Positions 39,529 to 49,567 of a stretch of DNA of 64,000 bases are shown in pieces. The notes under the pieces are model-generated. The model ran no database searches. It saw only the letters and a list, made by a program, of their open reading frames with translations, and was not told the DNA's origin. Position 1 is the first letter of the stretch, and each line of letters opens with the position of its first letter. The translations under genes were made by a program, and so were the position numbers. Source of the DNA: Phycisphaerae bacterium (GTDB taxonomy: Bacteria; Planctomycetota; Phycisphaerae; UBA1845; Fen-1342); contig JASFQK010000014.1 in the NCBI GenBank assembly GCA_050115495.1, forward strand, positions 32,001-96,000, in the 5' to 3' direction.

Positions 39529-39753
39529 ATGGCAAAGTACAAGATCGAGATCGACCGGGACCTGTGCGTCGGTGATGGAGCGTGCGTCAACGAGGCGCCG
39601 CAGGCGCTCGAGATGGACGACGAGACCATCGCGGTCGTCACCAACCCCGACGGCAACACGCCGGAGGAGCTCCTCAACGCGGCGCAGGCCTGCCCCGTCG
39701 ACGCGATCAAGCTCATCGACGAGAACGGCAACCAGGTCTGGCCGGAGGCCTAG
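39529..39753 (+). CDS. monocluster ferredoxin (3Fe-4S/4Fe-4S)
   Basis: IDRDLCVGDGAC...AAQACPVDAI. Confidence 0.9.
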   Translation: MAKYKIEIDRDLCVGDGACVNEAPQALEMDDETIAVVTNPDGNTPEELLNAAQACPVDAIKLIDENGNQVWPEA

Positions 39754-39910
39754 GCCACGACTCGGTCGGCCGGCCGGCCGGCCTCAATGAACGACGAAGT
39801 GCCCTGGGCCACAGCCGATCGAGCGGCTGTGGCCCAGATCGGTTTACCCGCGCTCCATCGGGGAGGGCGTCCTGTCTCGGGGGGCGAGTGCTCAATCGGA
39901 GGATGAATCC

Positions 39911-42040
39911 ATGTTGCGACGTGCGTTGTGGTCGCTCGTGCTGGTGTGCGGACTGGCCGCCCCTGCGGTAGCCCAGTCGGCGGATGCCCTCGATGAAGCC
40001 CTGGCCCTCGTGGGCCTCCGGCGGGCGGACCTGGGCTGGTCGCCCAAAGGCTGGTGGCCGCGTTTCCCGGCGGATATCCCGCACAAATTGCGGGCCTTCG
40101 ACGCCCTGTTCAACGAGCCGCTGGACACGGTCACCTTCACCCGCTCACTCGGCGAGACCGCCTGGGAGAAGCTCGACCCGGCTCAGCTCGACGCTGACCA
40201 GGGCCGCCACAGCCGCAACCTCTTCCAGGCCGTGCAGCGTCTCGGCATCGACCCCAAGTTCGGCGGGTTCCGGGGCTACACGGCCAATACGCTCGCCCCG
40301 CGGGTGCCGCTGGACGAGGCGATTCTCCGGCTGACCGAGGCCGCCCACGGCGCGACGCGGATCTCTACGTTCGGCATGGACCTCCCCTACCCGACGCCAC
40401 AGAAAGACCTCGCCGAGATGACCGCCCCCCTGCCGGCCGAGGTCAGCGAGATTCTGGGTCAGCTCGTGCTGAACGTCGCCGTGGCACACCACTGGGCTGA
40501 CCTGGCGTTCCGCAAGGTCGACGGGAACGACCGCCTCGTGGTCGGCACGCGGTACAACCTGACGGAAGAGATGATCGACGCGTTCGATTACTGCCCGCAG
40601 GTGGACGACGTCGCTCACTCGCTCGACGAGGCCAGCCTGTGGTACGCCGGCCAGCAGTGCGTACAGGCGCTGGACGATACCCGGGTGGCGCTCGCGGCTC
40701 TGGAGCTCGAAGAAACGCCGGTGTGCGCGGTGGATTGGCGAACGCCGTGGGGTTGGATCCACGTTCACGGCGGCGGCGACGATCAGATCGACGGCACCGA
40801 CGCCCTGCTGATCGTCGACCTCGGCGGTAACGACCAGTACACCGGCGGCGTCGCGGCCAGCACGCCGGACCGACCGCTCGGCCTGCTGCTGGATATGGGC
40901 GGGAACGACCGCTACGCGTCCACGGTGCCCGCGATGGGGGCCGGGCTATGTGGTGCGGGCATCCTGCTCGACGCCGGCGGAAACGATACGTACGACGCCG
41001 AACGCGTGGCACAGGGTGCCGGGCAGTTCGGCCTGGGCGTTCTGGCTGACCTCGGCGGCGACGACCGCTACAACATGAAATACTGCGGGCAGGGTGCCGG
41101 CTACTTCGGCGTCGGCCTGCTGTTCGATTGTGCCGGCACCGACACGTACAACCTCTATGCCGACGGGCAGGGGTTCGGCGGCGCGGCGGGCGTGGGTGTC
41201 CTGGCCGATCGCACGGGCAACGATCGTTACACCGCGGAACGGAAGAACTCGGTGACCCGCCGGCCGTCGTATCACTCGCCGGAACTGGACGTCGGCGTGT
41301 CGAACTGCCAGGGCACGGGCGCGGGCCGCCGCGGCGATGGCTCCGACGGGCACTCCTGGGCCGGTGGGCTCGGCGCTCTGCTCGACGGTGAGGGCGACGA
41401 CGTCTACACCGCCGGCAACTGGGCGATGGGCACCGGCTACTGGTACGGCATCGGCGTGCTGCACGATCGTAGCGGCAACGACGAGTACCACGGCGTGGTT
41501 TATTCGCAAGGCACCGGGGCCCACTTCTGCATCGGGGCCTGCATCGACGAGGCCGGCGACGACAAGCATCTCGCCGAGGAGAACTCGCACAGCTCCATCG
41601 CCTGGGCCCACGATTTCACGATCGGCATCCTGCTCGACGTGGCGGGCGACGACCTGTACCACGTGAATCGCGGCGGGCTGGGCTACTCCGTCAACCGCAG
41701 TGTGGCTCTGTTCATGGACCTGGCCGGCGACGACCGCTACGAAAGCGTCGAGATCGAACGGCCGGGCTACGCCTTGAATAGCGAAGCCTTCCGGGCCCGG
41801 GGTGGCGTCGGCACGTACTTCGCCGACACGACCTCGCTCGGCCTGTTCCTGGACGTCGGCGGCGCGGATTCGTACTGGTCGGACGAGTTCGGCGACAACC
41901 GGCAGTGGCTGGACCCGGCCGACTCGCCCAACTGGGCCGACCGGAACTTCAGCGTCGGCGTGGACCGGGCCGAGGGCACGGTGAGCTTCACGCCGCGGCC
42001 GGTGAAGGTGCCGACGGGGCCTACCCCGGCGGTGCCCTAA
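39911..42040 (+). CDS. secreted protein with many LxDxxGxDxY Gly/Asp repeats
   Basis: Signal peptide; more than 10 repeats such as LLDMGGNDRY, LLDAGGNDTY, LADLGGDDRY. Confidence 0.8.
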   Translation: MLRRALWSLVLVCGLAAPAVAQSADALDEALALVGLRRADLGWSPKGWWPRFPADIPHKLRAFDALFNEPLDTVTFTRSLGETAWEKLDPAQLDADQGRHSRNLFQAVQRLGIDPKFGGFRGYTANTLAPRVPLDEAILRLTEAAHGATRISTFGMDLPYPTPQKDLAEMTAPLPAEVSEILGQLVLNVAVAHHWADLAFRKVDGNDRLVVGTRYNLTEEMIDAFDYCPQVDDVAHSLDEASLWYAGQQCVQALDDTRVALAALELEETPVCAVDWRTPWGWIHVHGGGDDQIDGTDALLIVDLGGNDQYTGGVAASTPDRPLGLLLDMGGNDRYASTVPAMGAGLCGAGILLDAGGNDTYDAERVAQGAGQFGLGVLADLGGDDRYNMKYCGQGAGYFGVGLLFDCAGTDTYNLYADGQGFGGAAGVGVLADRTGNDRYTAERKNSVTRRPSYHSPELDVGVSNCQGTGAGRRGDGSDGHSWAGGLGALLDGEGDDVYTAGNWAMGTGYWYGIGVLHDRSGNDEYHGVVYSQGTGAHFCIGACIDEAGDDKHLAEENSHSSIAWAHDFTIGILLDVAGDDLYHVNRGGLGYSVNRSVALFMDLAGDDRYESVEIERPGYALNSEAFRARGGVGTYFADTTSLGLFLDVGGADSYWSDEFGDNRQWLDPADSPNWADRNFSVGVDRAEGTVSFTPRPVKVPTGPTPAVP

Positions 42041-42177
42041 GGACCGGTAATCACTACCTGGCGAGTCCGCTTTGACAGGCGCCCTGGTTTGCCAAACAAT
42101 GGCGGATGTTGGCGCGGTTGGACGGCGGGCGCGCCAGTGGCGTACATCTGGCCCGGACCCGACTGGGTGGAGCGCGC

Positions 42178-44121
42178 ATGGCCATCAAACAACTGACCGA
42201 AGAACAGATCCACACCATGACGGTCGAGGAGAAGGACCGCTGGTGGCTGGAGAACGTCTACCAGGGTGACGTCCCGCAGATGACCGTGCGGGTCGTCATC
42301 ATGGGCTTCTTCCTCGGCGGACTGCTGTCGATCACCAATCTCTACGTGGGTGCCAAGGCCGGCTGGTCGCTGGGCGTGGCCATCACGGCGGTGATCCTGG
42401 CGTTCGTCTTCTTCAAGGCTTTGGCCAGCGTCGGCCTAGTGGGCAGGTACCACGTGCTGGAGAGCAACATTCTCCAGTCGATCGCCTGCTCCGCCGGCTA
42501 CATGAACGGCCCGCTGATCGCCAGCATGGCTGCCTACATGATGATCACCAACCACGTGATCCCGTGGTGGCAGATGCTCATGTGGCTGCTGGGTATGGCG
42601 CTGCTGGGCGTGCTCTTCGCCTTCCCGCTCAAACGGCGGTTCATCAACGAGGAGCAGCTCCCCTTCCCCGAGGGCCGCGCCGCCGGCGTGGTCATGGACA
42701 CACTGCACAGCGAAGGCGAAGGTGAGGACGCCCGCAAGTCGGTACTGCCGGCCCAGATGCTCGTGATCTTCACGGCCATCGCCGGCCTGTTGAAGTTCCT
42801 GCAGTGGGAACACCTCAAGGTGTTGCTGACCAAGGTGCAACTGAGCTTTCTGCACGTGCCGGAGTATCTCGACGCGTGGTACTACGAGAAGGTCAAGAAC
42901 GCTGGCTGGTGGATGCCGCACATCATGGGCACGCCGCTGCGGGACCTGACGATCCAGCCGCAGTTGGACATCGCCATGGTCGGCGCCGGCGGCCTGATGG
43001 GCATCCGCACCGGCGTGTCGCTGATGATCGGTGCCGTCGTCAACTACTGTATTTTGGCCCCGATCATGATCAACCGCGGCGACCTGCTCGGCACCGTGAA
43101 TGCAGACGGCGTGCTGTCGTTTGGTTTCCGCGCTATCACGACGTGGTCGCTGTGGTGCGGCGTGGCCATGATGACGACCGCCTCGCTGTACTCGTTCTTC
43201 GCCAAGCCGCAGATGTTCCTCAATGCTTTCAAGGGGCTCACCCGCAGGAAGCAGCGCTCGGTCGACTGCCTGAAGCAGATCGAGTTCCCCCTCTGGATCT
43301 CGCTGATCGGGGTGCCGATCGTCGGCGCCTACATGGTGTGGATCGCCCACTGGTTCTTCGGCGTGGCGATCTGGATGGGCATCATCGCCGTGCCGATGGT
43401 CTTCGTCTTCAGCCTGATCGCCGTGAACTCGACGGCGCTGACCTCGATCACGCCGACGGGACCGCTGGGGAAAATCACGCAGCTCGTCTACGGCGGGCTC
43501 GCCCCGGGCAACATCACCACGAATATCGCCACCGCGGGCATCAGCGCCGAGGTCGGCGGCCAGGCCTCCAACCTCATCCAGAACATCAAGCCCGGCTACA
43601 TGCTCGGCGGGAAGCCGCGTCTCCAGGCCATCGGCCACGTGATCGGTGCATTCGCCGGCTCGATCTTCTCCGTGCTCGTCTTCTACCCCCTGTTTCTGAG
43701 AAACAACCCCGCCGGGCTCATCAGCACCGAGTATCCCTATCCGGCGGCGACGATTTGGAAGGCAGTGGCCGAAATCCTCACGCGCGGGCTGGACGAGCTG
43801 ATGATGAGTGCCGTGTGGGCGGCCGTCATTGGCGCGGCCCTGGGCGTCGTCTTCGAGATGATCCGGACGGCCACCAAGGGCCGCTTCTGGATCTCGGGCG
43901 TGGGCATCGGCCTGGCTTTCGTTATCCCGCTCTCACTCTGCTTCGCCATGTTCATGGGCTCCTTCATCTTCTGGGTCGTGCAGCGCTTCTGGCCCCGGCG
44001 CGAGCAGTGGATGAACGAGGTCTTCGTGCAGAACCAGGAATCCATCTGCGCCGGGATCATCGCCGGTGCCGCTCTCGTCGGCGTCGGCCTGATGGCTCTC
44101 GACTTGTGGCTGGGAGGATAG
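42178..44121 (+). CDS. OPT family oligopeptide/metal-chelate transporter
   Basis: NLYVGAKAG, ESNILQS, LPFPEG, KPGYMLGGKPR. Confidence 0.9.
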   Translation: MAIKQLTEEQIHTMTVEEKDRWWLENVYQGDVPQMTVRVVIMGFFLGGLLSITNLYVGAKAGWSLGVAITAVILAFVFFKALASVGLVGRYHVLESNILQSIACSAGYMNGPLIASMAAYMMITNHVIPWWQMLMWLLGMALLGVLFAFPLKRRFINEEQLPFPEGRAAGVVMDTLHSEGEGEDARKSVLPAQMLVIFTAIAGLLKFLQWEHLKVLLTKVQLSFLHVPEYLDAWYYEKVKNAGWWMPHIMGTPLRDLTIQPQLDIAMVGAGGLMGIRTGVSLMIGAVVNYCILAPIMINRGDLLGTVNADGVLSFGFRAITTWSLWCGVAMMTTASLYSFFAKPQMFLNAFKGLTRRKQRSVDCLKQIEFPLWISLIGVPIVGAYMVWIAHWFFGVAIWMGIIAVPMVFVFSLIAVNSTALTSITPTGPLGKITQLVYGGLAPGNITTNIATAGISAEVGGQASNLIQNIKPGYMLGGKPRLQAIGHVIGAFAGSIFSVLVFYPLFLRNNPAGLISTEYPYPAATIWKAVAEILTRGLDELMMSAVWAAVIGAALGVVFEMIRTATKGRFWISGVGIGLAFVIPLSLCFAMFMGSFIFWVVQRFWPRREQWMNEVFVQNQESICAGIIAGAALVGVGLMALDLWLGG

Positions 44122-44123
44122 CC

Positions 44124-45173
44124 GTGGCCCATCGCGCTGCCTGCGGTCGGTTCTACCTGTGTCTGAGCACTCTGGCCGGGGCGTTGCTGGCGATCGGCCT
44201 GCCGGGCTGTTCTCCGCCGCCGCCCAGCCAGGACGCCCTCTTCTACTACCTCAGCGTCACGCGCTACGGCGGCAGCGTCCGTCGGGCCTGGCCGGCGGGA
44301 CAGGCCTACCTCGACGGCGTCATGACGCAGTACCGCGCGCTGGAGAAGGCGATGCGACCGCTCGACGACCAGCTCGTGGTCGAGTCGCTCTGGCCGGCGG
44401 AGGACCCGCGCTGGACGAACGCCGAAGCCCTCGCCGAGCACATCAAGGAGCTCGACGAGCTGCTCAAGGAAGACGGCGAGCGGGCCAAGTCGCAGACCAA
44501 GGCCGTGGAAGAGCTGACCAAGGCCTTCGACAACCTGCCGAAGGACCTGCCGTTCAACAGCAACCAGGCCCGCGCTGAGTTCGTCGGCCGGTTGTGGACA
44601 GCGCTGGTCGGCAGCCGCCAGCGTTTCGACCAGTACCTGGAAGGCGCGCCGATGCTCGTAGCCGAGCGCCGGGCGCTCTACGCCACGGCCCAGGCCGCAC
44701 TCACGGCCGCCACGCAGCCGGCTTCGCAGCCTACGACGACGCAACCCGACTTCGCGGCGCAGCACGCGGCACTGCTGGACATCCTGAAGAGTTACCGCGC
44801 GTCCCGGGTCGACTACGCGAAACACCGCCTCCCGATGCTGGCCCGCTTCCTCCGCGACATCAACAAGCGCGAAGAGCGGCAGGAGTACGAGCTGCTCTCC
44901 GCCGAGCGGGACAGCCTGCGCAAGGGACTCGAGTCGATCCCCAAATCGCTGCGTGACCGGGCCGAGGCGTTGGCGAAGGAGGTCAGGAAGCTGGAAGACT
45001 CCGTGGGCGAGCCGGGCGCCGACGCAGCCTACGTCCAACGCCGGATCGACTTCGGCAGGAAGTACGCCGAGACGCTGCGGACTCAGGCTACCGACTGGAC
45101 CGCCCGCGTCACTCAGATCGTCAGCAAGGCAGCGGAGAGCGCCGGGCCCGCCGTACGGTCACCCGAAGACTAA
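44124..45173 (+). CDS. helical hypothetical lipoprotein
   Basis: GTG immediately after the OPT stop; LPGC lipobox; coiled-coil rich. Confidence 0.65.
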   Translation: MAHRAACGRFYLCLSTLAGALLAIGLPGCSPPPPSQDALFYYLSVTRYGGSVRRAWPAGQAYLDGVMTQYRALEKAMRPLDDQLVVESLWPAEDPRWTNAEALAEHIKELDELLKEDGERAKSQTKAVEELTKAFDNLPKDLPFNSNQARAEFVGRLWTALVGSRQRFDQYLEGAPMLVAERRALYATAQAALTAATQPASQPTTTQPDFAAQHAALLDILKSYRASRVDYAKHRLPMLARFLRDINKREERQEYELLSAERDSLRKGLESIPKSLRDRAEALAKEVRKLEDSVGEPGADAAYVQRRIDFGRKYAETLRTQATDWTARVTQIVSKAAESAGPAVRSPED

Positions 45174-45259
45174 CGCGTCCTCCTCTGCGGCACGCGGTTG
45201 CCATGCGCCGTCGCCTCCGTGATGATACGTGCGCAGCCGCGTAACAGGAGATTTCCTCG

Positions 45260-45760
45260 ATGAAGCATGCATTGCCTCGCGCCGTCGTGGACGCGCCGAC
45301 GCACATGCTGCTGCTTCTGCCCGGCGACGCCACCGTCACCTTCTACCTCCGTGAAGATGAGTTCACCGCGGCCCGTTATCCGAAGGGCTGCCGTGTCGAG
45401 TATATGTTCCCGGTCTGGGATGACGGGCAGGTGATGTGCCCGGTCCTGCTGGCGCAGCTCGCCGGTCGCCACATCGGCACGTTCGATCGCTGGATTAACG
45501 CCGCTGAACCGGAGGGGCTGCGCCTCGTGCAGCTTCTCGCTTCGCAGAAGTCGCTCGACTTGCACCTGGTGACCGATCGCATGCTCCGCTCGTTCTCGCA
45601 GGCCAACTACCTCGCCGGTAAGGCCGCCGGTCTCGTCGCGACGCTGCGCGTCCGCCGCTCGTGGACGTGTGAGGAGTACAACGAGCGCCGCCAGCGGCTG
45701 GAAACGCTGTATCCCTCGCCGGAGCGACTTTGGCGGGCCGCCCGCGAAATGAAGCAATGA
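45260..45760 (+). CDS. hypothetical protein
   Basis: AGGAG RBS; globular composition. Confidence 0.65.
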   Translation: MKHALPRAVVDAPTHMLLLLPGDATVTFYLREDEFTAARYPKGCRVEYMFPVWDDGQVMCPVLLAQLAGRHIGTFDRWINAAEPEGLRLVQLLASQKSLDLHLVTDRMLRSFSQANYLAGKAAGLVATLRVRRSWTCEEYNERRQRLETLYPSPERLWRAAREMKQ

Positions 45761-45816
45761 AGCACTGATCCCCGGCGCCCCGCAGCAGGACCCCAGCCCA
45801 TGCGAGCATCATCGCC

Positions 45817-47781
45817 ATGAGTCGCGCGTGGCGGTTCTGGACGGCGACGGTACTGCTGGCCCTGGCGGGCACGGGCCTGGTGCTGTGGCGAGCCTGGGGC
45901 TGCGACGACGCCTTCATCACCTTCCGCTATGTGCAGAACACGCTCGCCGGCTACGGCCCGGTGTTCAACGTCGGCGAGCGCGTGCAGGGCTTCACGCACC
46001 CGCTGTGGTTCGTGCTGCTGCTGGCTGGCGGATTCTGCGCCGATGTGTATGCGGTCGCCGTTGTGCTCGGCCTCGCCGCCACGGCCGCCCTGTTCCTCAT
46101 CGTCGCTCGCACGTGGCGCGAACGGCTGAACGGCTGGTGGCAACTGCTGGTGGTCGCCGCCCTGCTGCTGAGCTCACGCGCATTCGTCGAGTACCAGACG
46201 TCCGGGCTGGAGACGTCGCTGACCAGCCTGCTCGTGGCGTCGCTGACGCTGACCGTGCTGTGCCGGCCGCAGTCAATTCTGCTGCCGAGCGTGCTGTGCG
46301 GTCTGCTGGTGTTCAACCGGGCGGATCTTGTCGTTCTTTGTGGCCCGATCGCCGGCTGGCTCGTCTGGCGAGCCTGGACCGAAGGCAGGTGGCGAGCGCT
46401 GCTGGCCGGAGCCGTACTGCCGGCGGCATGGTTCGGCTTCGCCACGATCTACTACGGCAGCCCCCTGCCCAACACGGCGTACGCCAAGGTCGCCTTCCCG
46501 CTGGCCGTCGCCCTGCGGCACGGTGCGGCGTACATCGCCGACTACGCTCTGCATGAACCGCTGCACGCCCTGCTGATCGCGATTGTGCTCGTCGCGGGCA
46601 CCGGCATCGCCATTCGGGACGTTCGCCAGCGACAGCGTGGCGCCGGGGCGCTGACCGCCGTCATAGTCGGTCTGTGGCTGAATCTCGCCTACGTTGCTTT
46701 CGTCGGCGGCGATTTCATGCGCGGGCGGTTCATGCTGCCGGCGCTCGTCGTCAGTGCGGTCGCCGCGGCCTGGCTGCTCGGCCAGGGGTGGCAGGAGCGT
46801 GATCCCGCCAGCCCGCTGACACTCGCCATCGGCACGCTTCTGCCGATCGTCTGCTGTCTGAAGATACTGCTCGAAGGCGGGGAGCACCTGTTCCAGGCGA
46901 CGCTCGATGACACGCAATCGCGGTCCCTGATCGTCGGCGGCGTGGTCTGTCTCCTGCTGCTGATCGGGGGCTTGAGCCGGATTCGGCGGTCGCGACTCCG
47001 GGGTGTGCTCCCCGGTCTGGCCGCCGCCCTGCTGTGCGTTATCCTGGCCCGGAGCTACGACAAGCTGCCGCGGGAGGCCGCGACGATCCTCGGGTTGAGC
47101 TGCGCGGCCGGCGCGATTTGCCTCGCGCGTTGGGTCCAGGGCCGACCGGTGCGGTCGCCGGCGCTGGCGGGGCTCGTGGCGCTCCTGCCCGCCGTGGTGC
47201 TCGCCGGTTTCGATCTTCCGGGCCGGGCCACGCCGCCGGCCCGTGCGACGGTCATCGCCGACGAGTGGATCTGCTACGCCGGCGGGTGGGACGAGAACCC
47301 GTTCCGCGAGCCGGTCCAGCGGACGAACGCCACCGTGCACGTCTGGGTGCAGCAGGGTCTGGCCGCCGCCCGCTACGCCGAGACGTACGGACCGATCGCC
47401 GTCACGCAGCGTTCGATCGGTCTGTTCGGCTATCACGCCGGCCCCCGCGTCCACGTGATCGACCGCCACGGGCTCACCGACGCATACATCGCCCGCTGTC
47501 CGGCAGATCCGGCGTCACGCGTCGGCCATCTGCGTCATGAAATCCCCACCGGCTACCTCGAATCGCTCGGGGCCATCGACCTGCTGCCACACGGATTCGA
47601 ACGGATGGAGCGGCTCGACCCCAGCCTGCGCCCCCAGGCTCTCGCCATGCAGCGCAACGCCCGCTGGGCCGACGACGACGCCCGCGAGCGGGCCCAACGC
47701 GTACACGACATGATCGCCGGCGGAATCTGGCGGGTTGAGCGACTCTGGCGCATACCGGCGTATGCTGGCGGCGGCTGGTAG
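45817..47781 (+). CDS. GT-C membrane glycosyltransferase (AftB-like)
   Basis: DDAFITFRY, GERVQGFTHPLW, SGLET, PNTAYAK, GGDFMRGRF, IDRHGLTD, RVGH. Confidence 0.82.
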   Translation: MSRAWRFWTATVLLALAGTGLVLWRAWGCDDAFITFRYVQNTLAGYGPVFNVGERVQGFTHPLWFVLLLAGGFCADVYAVAVVLGLAATAALFLIVARTWRERLNGWWQLLVVAALLLSSRAFVEYQTSGLETSLTSLLVASLTLTVLCRPQSILLPSVLCGLLVFNRADLVVLCGPIAGWLVWRAWTEGRWRALLAGAVLPAAWFGFATIYYGSPLPNTAYAKVAFPLAVALRHGAAYIADYALHEPLHALLIAIVLVAGTGIAIRDVRQRQRGAGALTAVIVGLWLNLAYVAFVGGDFMRGRFMLPALVVSAVAAAWLLGQGWQERDPASPLTLAIGTLLPIVCCLKILLEGGEHLFQATLDDTQSRSLIVGGVVCLLLLIGGLSRIRRSRLRGVLPGLAAALLCVILARSYDKLPREAATILGLSCAAGAICLARWVQGRPVRSPALAGLVALLPAVVLAGFDLPGRATPPARATVIADEWICYAGGWDENPFREPVQRTNATVHVWVQQGLAAARYAETYGPIAVTQRSIGLFGYHAGPRVHVIDRHGLTDAYIARCPADPASRVGHLRHEIPTGYLESLGAIDLLPHGFERMERLDPSLRPQALAMQRNARWADDDARERAQRVHDMIAGGIWRVERLWRIPAYAGGGW

Positions 47782-47785
47782 CGCC

Positions 47786-48925
47786 TTACTCCAATTGCTG
47801 CAATTCGTCGAGGAACGCCTTCGGGTGATTGGCCCACTTCTCGGCTTCCATGGGCGTGATCTCGCCGGCGAGGGCCAGCTTGGCCAGCGATCGCTCCAGC
47901 GTGATCATGCGCTCTTCGGGGATGTCCTTCGTGCGGCTCTGCAACTGCGTGTAGATCTGCTCGAGCTTGACCAGCCGAATGAGGTTCGAGACGGCGTACG
48001 TGTTGTTCAGCACCTCCATCGCCACGACGCGCCCGTTCCCGTCGGCTCGCGGCACGAGCTTCTGGGCGATCACGTGGCTCAGACCGAGCGAGAGCTGGTT
48101 GGAGACCTCGTCCTGCTGCCCCTCGGGGAACATGTCCAGAATACGCGTGATCGTGCCGCGTACGTCGCGGGTGTGCAGCGTCGAGAACACCAGGTGCCCC
48201 GTCTCGGCTGCGGTCAGCGTCCACGCGGTCGCCTCGCGGTCGCGCATCTCGCCGACGAAGATGACGTCCGGGTCCTCGCGCAGGCAGTCGCGCAGGCCAC
48301 GCTCGAAGCTGGGCACGTCGCGGCCGACCTCGCGCTGCGAGATGAGCGCCTGCTTGCTGTGCAGGACGTACTCGATCGGGTCCTCCAGCGTGAAGATGCG
48401 GCAGGGCCGCGTTTCGGCGATGCGGTTGATGAGCGAGGCGATCGTCGTCGATTTGCCCGCGCCGGTGATCCCCGTCACCAGCACCAGGCCGTGCTGCTTC
48501 CTAACGATGTCCTGCCAGACGGCGTTCGGGAAGCCGATGTCCTCGACCTTGGGCGGGTCGCTGTCCAGGGCCCGCACCGCCAGGGCCAGCCCGTCGCTCT
48601 CATGAAAGCAGTTCAGCCGGAACTGCATGCCCGCGCCCAGGTACGAGCTGTCCACCGAACGACTCGTGTCCAGCGTCGCCCATTCGGCGTCGCTGAGCAG
48701 CGTTCGCGCCAGGGCGGCGACCGTCTCCGGCTCCATCGGCGGGCCTTTGAGCTTCTGGAGGTTGCCGTCGATGCGGTAGATCGGCGGGCTGCCCGCCTTC
48801 AAGTGCAGGTCGGAGACGCGCAACGAGCCGTGGCGGGCGAAGTACTCGAGCAGGTCCCGCATGCTCAGCTTCTTCTGCTCGCTGATCGCGTACAGCTTGG
48901 TGTCCTGGTCGGGGCGGTCGCTCAT
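47786..48925 (-). CDS. pilT: PilT/PilU-family type IV pilus ATPase
   Basis: SDLHL, GITGAGKSTT, EDPIE, LREDPDVIFVGEMRD, AETGHLVFSTLH. Confidence 0.88.
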   Translation of the reverse strand: MSDRPDQDTKLYAISEQKKLSMRDLLEYFARHGSLRVSDLHLKAGSPPIYRIDGNLQKLKGPPMEPETVAALARTLLSDAEWATLDTSRSVDSSYLGAGMQFRLNCFHESDGLALAVRALDSDPPKVEDIGFPNAVWQDIVRKQHGLVLVTGITGAGKSTTIASLINRIAETRPCRIFTLEDPIEYVLHSKQALISQREVGRDVPSFERGLRDCLREDPDVIFVGEMRDREATAWTLTAAETGHLVFSTLHTRDVRGTITRILDMFPEGQQDEVSNQLSLGLSHVIAQKLVPRADGNGRVVAMEVLNNTYAVSNLIRLVKLEQIYTQLQSRTKDIPEERMITLERSLAKLALAGEITPMEAEKWANHPKAFLDELQQLE

Positions 48926-49239
48926 GCTGACTCCTTCGACGACTTCCCGTAGCACATCGGGCACAGTCGCTCACCAGAAGGCAGATGGTACACCTTGCCC
49001 GGCTGCCCGCAACGATGGCACAGGCCACTGCCCGTGGGTGGCAGACGCTTGCCGCCGGGCCCGACCCGCCCGCGCTCGGCCTCGGCCTGCCCGCGGCGCA
49101 TCCGCATGTGCCAGAACCACATCTTGATACCGGTCCAACCCACCAGCAAAACCACGAGCAGGAAGCCCAGTACAATCAGCGCCCCGATAATCAGGTAGAT
49201 GTTCATGCCGAACATCCGCAGTTGTGCGAGCATGTACAT
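48922..49239 (-). CDS. small TM protein with zinc ribbon
   Basis: N-terminal TM helix; CHRC...CPMC; ATGA overlap with pilT. Confidence 0.65.
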   Translation of the reverse strand: MYMLAQLRMFGMNIYLIIGALIVLGFLLVVLLVGWTGIKMWFWHMRMRRGQAEAERGRVGPGGKRLPPTGSGLCHRCGQPGKVYHLPSGERLCPMCYGKSSKESA

Positions 49240-49490
49240 GAGGGGACCTCCACTTACCCAGATGGTGCACCGAATTGTACCGGCCCGGGGAAGAGAGCTG
49301 AGCTTTCAGATCTCAGATTTGAGACCTCAGACTGGCGGGCGAGACGCCCGCCCCACCCCAGTTGGAGGCTGTCCCCCCGCCGGATGTCGGCGGCCCTACC
49401 GTCTCGCCGGACCAGCCCCCGCCGGCAAAATCTGAAATCTCAAATCTGAGATCTTCCCCTGTCAGCCTTTGTCGAATCCGGGATTCCGGC

Positions 49491-49538
49491 TTGACAGCCC
49501 GGCCCGGCTGGTCGATACTGTAAGTGAATACTTACAGT
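49491..49538 (+). promoter_or_regulatory. sigma70 promoter overlapped by a TetR-type operator
   Basis: TTGACA (49491-96), 17 bp, GATACT (49514-19); perfect inverted repeat ACTGTAAGT-GAAT-ACTTACAGT (49517-49538). Confidence 0.8.
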
Positions 49539-49567
49539 TGCGGCGGATGGCCGCCGCGAGGTTCCGC

